Assembly: GCA_963702895.1 (NCBI GenBank)
Contig: OY969767.1
Location: 1,056,001 to 1,120,000, forward strand
DNA: 64,000 bases
Reading direction: 5' to 3'
DNA from: an uncultured Elusimicrobia bacterium
GTDB taxonomy: Bacteria > Elusimicrobiota > Elusimicrobia > 2-01-FULL-59-12
Shown: one piece after another, positions 60,269 through 64,000 of the stretch
How the letters are laid out: each line of letters starts with the position of its first letter
How positions within the stretch are numbered: the first letter of the stretch is position 1
Program-made: the position numbers and the translations under genes
The notes under the pieces: generated by a model
Told to the model about the DNA's origin: nothing
Seen by the model: the letters and a program-made list of their open reading frames with translations, nothing else
Database searches by the model: none

Positions 60269-60934
60269 TCAGGATTTCTTCGTAATGCGGCGTGCCAGAC
60301 GCTCGGCGTGCCACAGGAAGAAGGAGCGCAGCGCGGTCAGGCTCAGCGGATCAATCATGCGAGGCAGCAACGTGACCCCTTTGACTTTAAAAAACGACAT
60401 CGCCAAACAGTAGTCGTCCAATTCCCTGTATTTGCGGCGTGCCTGAATGATCAGTTTCCGCAGCGGCATGTGCGTCTGATCGATTCGGTACACATCAACG
60501 AAATCCTTGGGTTCGGCACGCTCGGAAAGCGCCGAAAGTTTGTTGCAGGCAATATCGAGCAGATTGTCCAGGCGAACGCCTGCCGTCTCGAGGGTTTTTC
60601 TCACGGGTTTCAGGCGGCCGGGCATGTCGAGAGCGAAATCCATCTCGAGGCGCTTATAGCGAGGATGAATCAGGGCGCATTCAAAGAGGGTCTGGAATCG
60701 CCTGCCAAAGACGATGCGCGCGCCAAGCCGTCTGGCGATTTTTCTCACAATGGGGGGTACGCGGGCAACGGCCCCCGGGGTTTGAGTAAAAAAATCGAGG
60801 TCGTCGGAATAGCGGTGCTTCAGATAGAAGGCCGATAGGGCGGTGCCGCCTGTCAGGTAGAAATCACGCAACAAGGGTTCCCTTCCAAGGAGGCGAAGCG
60901 CATGTATTTGAAACGGCGTGAGAATGTCGCCCAT
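60269..60934 (-). CDS. AbiEii-family nucleotidyltransferase toxin
   Basis: LTGGTAL...HRYSDDLDFF, NKL.AL..R...KDFVDVY. Confidence 0.88.
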   Translation of the reverse strand: MGDILTPFQIHALRLLGREPLLRDFYLTGGTALSAFYLKHRYSDDLDFFTQTPGAVARVPPIVRKIARRLGARIVFGRRFQTLFECALIHPRYKRLEMDFALDMPGRLKPVRKTLETAGVRLDNLLDIACNKLSALSERAEPKDFVDVYRIDQTHMPLRKLIIQARRKYRELDDYCLAMSFFKVKGVTLLPRMIDPLSLTALRSFFLWHAERLARRITKKS

Positions 60935-60942
60935 CGTTCGCT

Positions 60943-61158
60943 TCAACGGGAGCGCCCGAGATACCACGCCCAGAAAGAGCGAATGGAAAGAGGGAGATTG
61001 AGAACGGAAAAGTAGCGACGGATGGTCGGCAGCCCCAGCCCTCGGATGTCGCGATCTCCGCCGCGGACCAGGACACGAGCCACGTACCATCGACGAAATG
61101 CCTCGTCTGGCTTTGCGGGTACCGGATAATCCCAAACCAGGGCGGGATTGATTTTCAT
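60943..61158 (-). CDS. Small putative antitoxin of the AbiEii pair
   Basis: LVWDY...WYVARVLVRG; directly upstream of the toxin; promoter TTGACC-17-TACACT at 61169-61197. Confidence 0.75.
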   Translation of the reverse strand: MKINPALVWDYPVPAKPDEAFRRWYVARVLVRGGDRDIRGLGLPTIRRYFSVLNLPLSIRSFWAWYLGRSR

Positions 61159-61279
61159 GGATGCTCATAGTGTAAACCGTCGCAGGAACCGGGTCAAGGA
61201 GTGTTTTCTCCAGGAGTGTTTTCTCTGGAAGCCCGCTGAAGTCCATGGTGATATGAAAATGGTATTCTCATCGCGCATC

Positions 61280-62221
61280 ATGAACGGGCTCCTCCCCAGC
61301 GTCCTTCTGCTGCTCGCGATGCTCTTGGTCTTCGCCGCGGGGTCGCGGCTCTGCTCGCCCCGGCATTCCAGGATCGGCGGGATCGGCGCTGTCCTTCTGT
61401 TTGTCTTCCATCCTCTCCTTTATGCCGCACCCCTGGACGTGTCGCTTTGGGACTGCTTCTTCGTCATGCTCTTTACAAGCTCATGGCTGGCCCTGGAACA
61501 CTGGTCTCAGTTTATGCGGTCCTGGGTGTTGGCCGGTGTTTATGCGTTTGGATTATGGGTGGGGTCCGCCTATGTCTTGTGGATCCCCGTGGCCATGGTC
61601 CCTTGGGTCGTCCTGAGTCGAAGGCCGCGGCAGGCCATCGCGGGTTTTTTCATGATCTTCCTGGGGGGCATGTTCCTCTTTGGCCTCGGATGGCTCGCCA
61701 GCTATGCTCTCAACCCGCTCTTCGACCGGCCCCCCTTCACGCACTGGGTTCGGTGGCACGAACTACGATCGACGCCGATCGTCTCACTTCCCTGGGTCCT
61801 CTTGACTCTCGCGGCGCTCCTGGACCAGGCTCGGGACACGATTCAAGAGCGGCGCGCGGATGCGGTCGCCTACATGGCCATTTTGTGTTCGATCACGGTC
61901 CTTTTCGGACCGCCTGCGCTGCAGGTTGGCGTGGTGGCCCTGTCTTGTATCCTCATTGTTCGTATGTTGGCCAAGCGCGAATTCTTGCTTCAAAGGGCTG
62001 TCCGTCGAACGGCGGTGATTTCGGCCCTGATGGTGGTTGGCGTCTCTGCGCTGTGGCCTGGCGAGTTGTGGGTGTTCATCGCGATGCTAAGCGCAGCGGG
62101 GGCGGCCCAACGCTTCCACCGGAGCGCCACCTTCACCTGGCGACTGGCGCTTGAGGCCGCCTGCGTGGGCGCCTATCTCGCTCGTCCTATCGGAAGCCTC
62201 CTCGTACACGCCCTGCATTAG
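61280..62221 (+). CDS. Polytopic membrane protein
   Basis: About 9-10 hydrophobic segments; start uncertain (ORF open from 61148). Confidence 0.65.
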   Translation: MNGLLPSVLLLLAMLLVFAAGSRLCSPRHSRIGGIGAVLLFVFHPLLYAAPLDVSLWDCFFVMLFTSSWLALEHWSQFMRSWVLAGVYAFGLWVGSAYVLWIPVAMVPWVVLSRRPRQAIAGFFMIFLGGMFLFGLGWLASYALNPLFDRPPFTHWVRWHELRSTPIVSLPWVLLTLAALLDQARDTIQERRADAVAYMAILCSITVLFGPPALQVGVVALSCILIVRMLAKREFLLQRAVRRTAVISALMVVGVSALWPGELWVFIAMLSAAGAAQRFHRSATFTWRLALEAACVGAYLARPIGSLLVHALH

Positions 62222-62386
62222 CCGGAAATGTTCAGTTATGCCGTCACCCCGGCGGTCGTCAGCCGGGGTCTATCATCGACGTAAAAGACATGATGGATCC
62301 CGGCTAACAACACGCCGGGATGACGGCACAAAAAAGTCCCGACGTCTCACTCTGCAAATCACATGCAACAGAACTTTTCCGGCTAG
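62218..62386. mobile_element. MITE-like element copy 3 (diverged, 161 bp core)
   Basis: TTAG-CCGGAAA...TTTCCGG-CTAG; internal GTCACCCCGG/CCGGGATGAC REP pair and shared GACGGCACAAAAAAGT segment. Confidence 0.75.
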
Positions 62387-62475
62387 CCCAAAATCTTAAG
62401 TTGCCCATCATCTCCCTCTCCCGCCTCACGGCGGGCGAGGGGACAATCATGTCTGGACATCTACGAAAGTCAGCA

Positions 62476-63999
62476 CTAAGAATAGAAGGGAGCGCGCGCG
62501 ATCGGCATCCGCCTTCCGGTCCCAAACGCTTTGTTGCTGATCCGGAGTCCCGGAGGGGCTTGCCGTCGCTTGTATTCACTCGCATCGATGGCCTTTAAGA
62601 TCTTTTGGACGAGGCTTTTGGCGTATCCCCGGGCAGCGATCTCGTTCACGTCCAGCCCTTCTTCGACATAGGCTTCCACGATGGGGTCGAGCACCTCGTA
62701 GGGCGGCAGGCTGTCCTGGTCGGTTTGATGGGGACGCAGTTCCGCCGAAGGCGGCTTCGTAAAACAGGCTTCCGGGATCCGCTGGCCGCTGCGATTGAGG
62801 TAGCGTCCCAGCCGGTAGACCGTGGTCTTGAGCACGTCCGAGATCACCGCGAGCCCGCCATTCATGTCGCCATAGAGGGTGCAGTAGCCCATGGAGAGCT
62901 CTGATTTATTGCCGGTCGTCAAAAGCAGCATCCCAAATTTGTTGGACAAGGCCATGAGCATCGTCCCACGGATGCGCGCCTGCAGGTTTTCCTCCGCGAC
63001 GTTAGGCTTGGCGCCAAGGAAGGCGGGCCTGAGCGACTTCAGGAAGGTGGAAAAGACGGCGTGGATGGGAAGGCTCAGCGTCCGAATTCCCAGGCTCTTC
63101 GCCAGCTGAAGCGAGTCGACGACGCTCCCTTTCGAGGAATAGGGAGACGGCATGAGCACTCCCAGGACGTTACGGCTGCCCAGGGCTTCGACGGCGAGCG
63201 CGGCGGTGACGCTCGAATCAATGCCTCCGCTCAAGCCGAGAAGGACCTTTCTGAAACCGCATTTTCTGGCGTAATCGCGCAGTCCCAGAACAAGGGCATC
63301 GTGGACATCCTGAATGCTGGGCGGGAAATCGGGGTCCGCGTTCCGAGCGCAAGCCTTCGTGTCGATCACGGGGAGGTCCTCCGCGAAGGCTTTGGCCTGG
63401 GCCAGGAGGTTGCCTCGAGGGTCGACGGCGAAGCTGCGTCCGTCAAAAATCAATTCGTCGTTGCCTCCCACTTGGTTCACGAAGAAAAAGGGCTTCTTGA
63501 ATTTCGCGACATGGTGTCGGACCAGTTCCAGCCGGAGCCTTGATTTGTCATGGTGGAAAGGAGAGCAGGACAGGTTGATAAACAAATCCACTCCCTTGCG
63601 AGCAAGGGCCGCGACAGGGTCCTGCGGGTAGCGCGTCTGAGGCCAAAGGCTCGGGACATGCCACATGTCTTCACAGATCTGCACGCCGAGACGGACACCC
63701 CGGAAGAAGATCGGTTCGTGGCTTTCGGCCGGAGCGAAATAGCGTGATTCATCAAAAACATCATAAGCGGGAAGCAGGGTCTTAAAGCGTTTCGCGAGAA
63801 TTTTCCCGTTCGACAAGAGGGCGGCCGCGTTGTAAAGGACCTTTTTGCCTGGGCGATTGTTCGTATCGACATAGCCGACGAGAACGGCCGGATGACGAAC
63901 GACTTTGGCGAGGTCCTCAAGCGCTTCGAGGTTCTCTTGAATGAAGCTTTTGAGTTCGAGCAAGTCCCGTGGGGGATACCCCGTGATGCAAAGCTCGGG
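62476..63999 (-). CDS. nadE: Glutamine-dependent NAD+ synthetase (5'-partial)
   Basis: PELCITGYPPRDL at the window edge, ICED, GLSGGIDS, ENLQARIR, TGNKSE, KPPSAEL. Confidence 0.96.
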   Translation of the reverse strand, partial: PELCITGYPPRDLLELKSFIQENLEALEDLAKVVRHPAVLVGYVDTNNRPGKKVLYNAAALLSNGKILAKRFKTLLPAYDVFDESRYFAPAESHEPIFFRGVRLGVQICEDMWHVPSLWPQTRYPQDPVAALARKGVDLFINLSCSPFHHDKSRLRLELVRHHVAKFKKPFFFVNQVGGNDELIFDGRSFAVDPRGNLLAQAKAFAEDLPVIDTKACARNADPDFPPSIQDVHDALVLGLRDYARKCGFRKVLLGLSGGIDSSVTAALAVEALGSRNVLGVLMPSPYSSKGSVVDSLQLAKSLGIRTLSLPIHAVFSTFLKSLRPAFLGAKPNVAEENLQARIRGTMLMALSNKFGMLLLTTGNKSELSMGYCTLYGDMNGGLAVISDVLKTTVYRLGRYLNRSGQRIPEACFTKPPSAELRPHQTDQDSLPPYEVLDPIVEAYVEEGLDVNEIAARGYAKSLVQKILKAIDASEYKRRQAPPGLRISNKAFGTGRRMPIARAPFYS

Positions 64000-64000
64000 A

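Noticed and set aside
58640..60838. 732-aa plus-strand ORF
   Set aside because: Antisense shadow of uvrC, M16 and AbiEii in GC-rich DNA; no motifs.

Overview
This is a GC-rich bacterial chromosome window from a diderm. Gene content and order, plus a giant mosaic gene, suggest Elusimicrobiota or a related lineage; that is inference only. Bases 1-41.7 kb are an almost uninterrupted minus-strand housekeeping run, with rpmB the only + gene: csp, secA, lnt, prfB (programmed +1 frameshift), a response regulator, lysS, lolC/E-lolD, ilvE, mcsA-mcsB-clpC, tamB, bamA, skp, lpxD-lpxC-fabZ-lpxA-lpxI-oxidoreductase-lpxB-msbA, a hydrolase, GT-C-like membrane proteins, thiS-thiG, recG, coaD, pta and pilT. 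Bases 41.9-55.3 kb are an accessory block with four notable parts. (1) A DUF4143-type AAA ATPase with tandem operator-like palindromes. (2) A 2625-aa mosaic protein with His-phosphatase, HExxH, RsbT-like ATPase, three sigma-4 HTH, TM and aldo-keto reductase modules joined by repeat-derived PAAAP linkers. (3) ORF6N and a Fic toxin with an unannotated convergent antitoxin. (4) A 4TM-winged-HTH gene whose stop codon begins a ~21-bp direct-repeat array with 64-bp higher-order periodicity; the gene 3' end plus array is duplicated and brackets cargo genes. The rest holds an MGMT-like gene, an M16 peptidase pair, a short UvrC, an AbiEii-type TA pair, a membrane protein and nadE. Three MITE-like elements sit exactly on stop codons, and many promoters are extended -10 or leaderless. 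No rRNA, tRNA or CRISPR was recognised.
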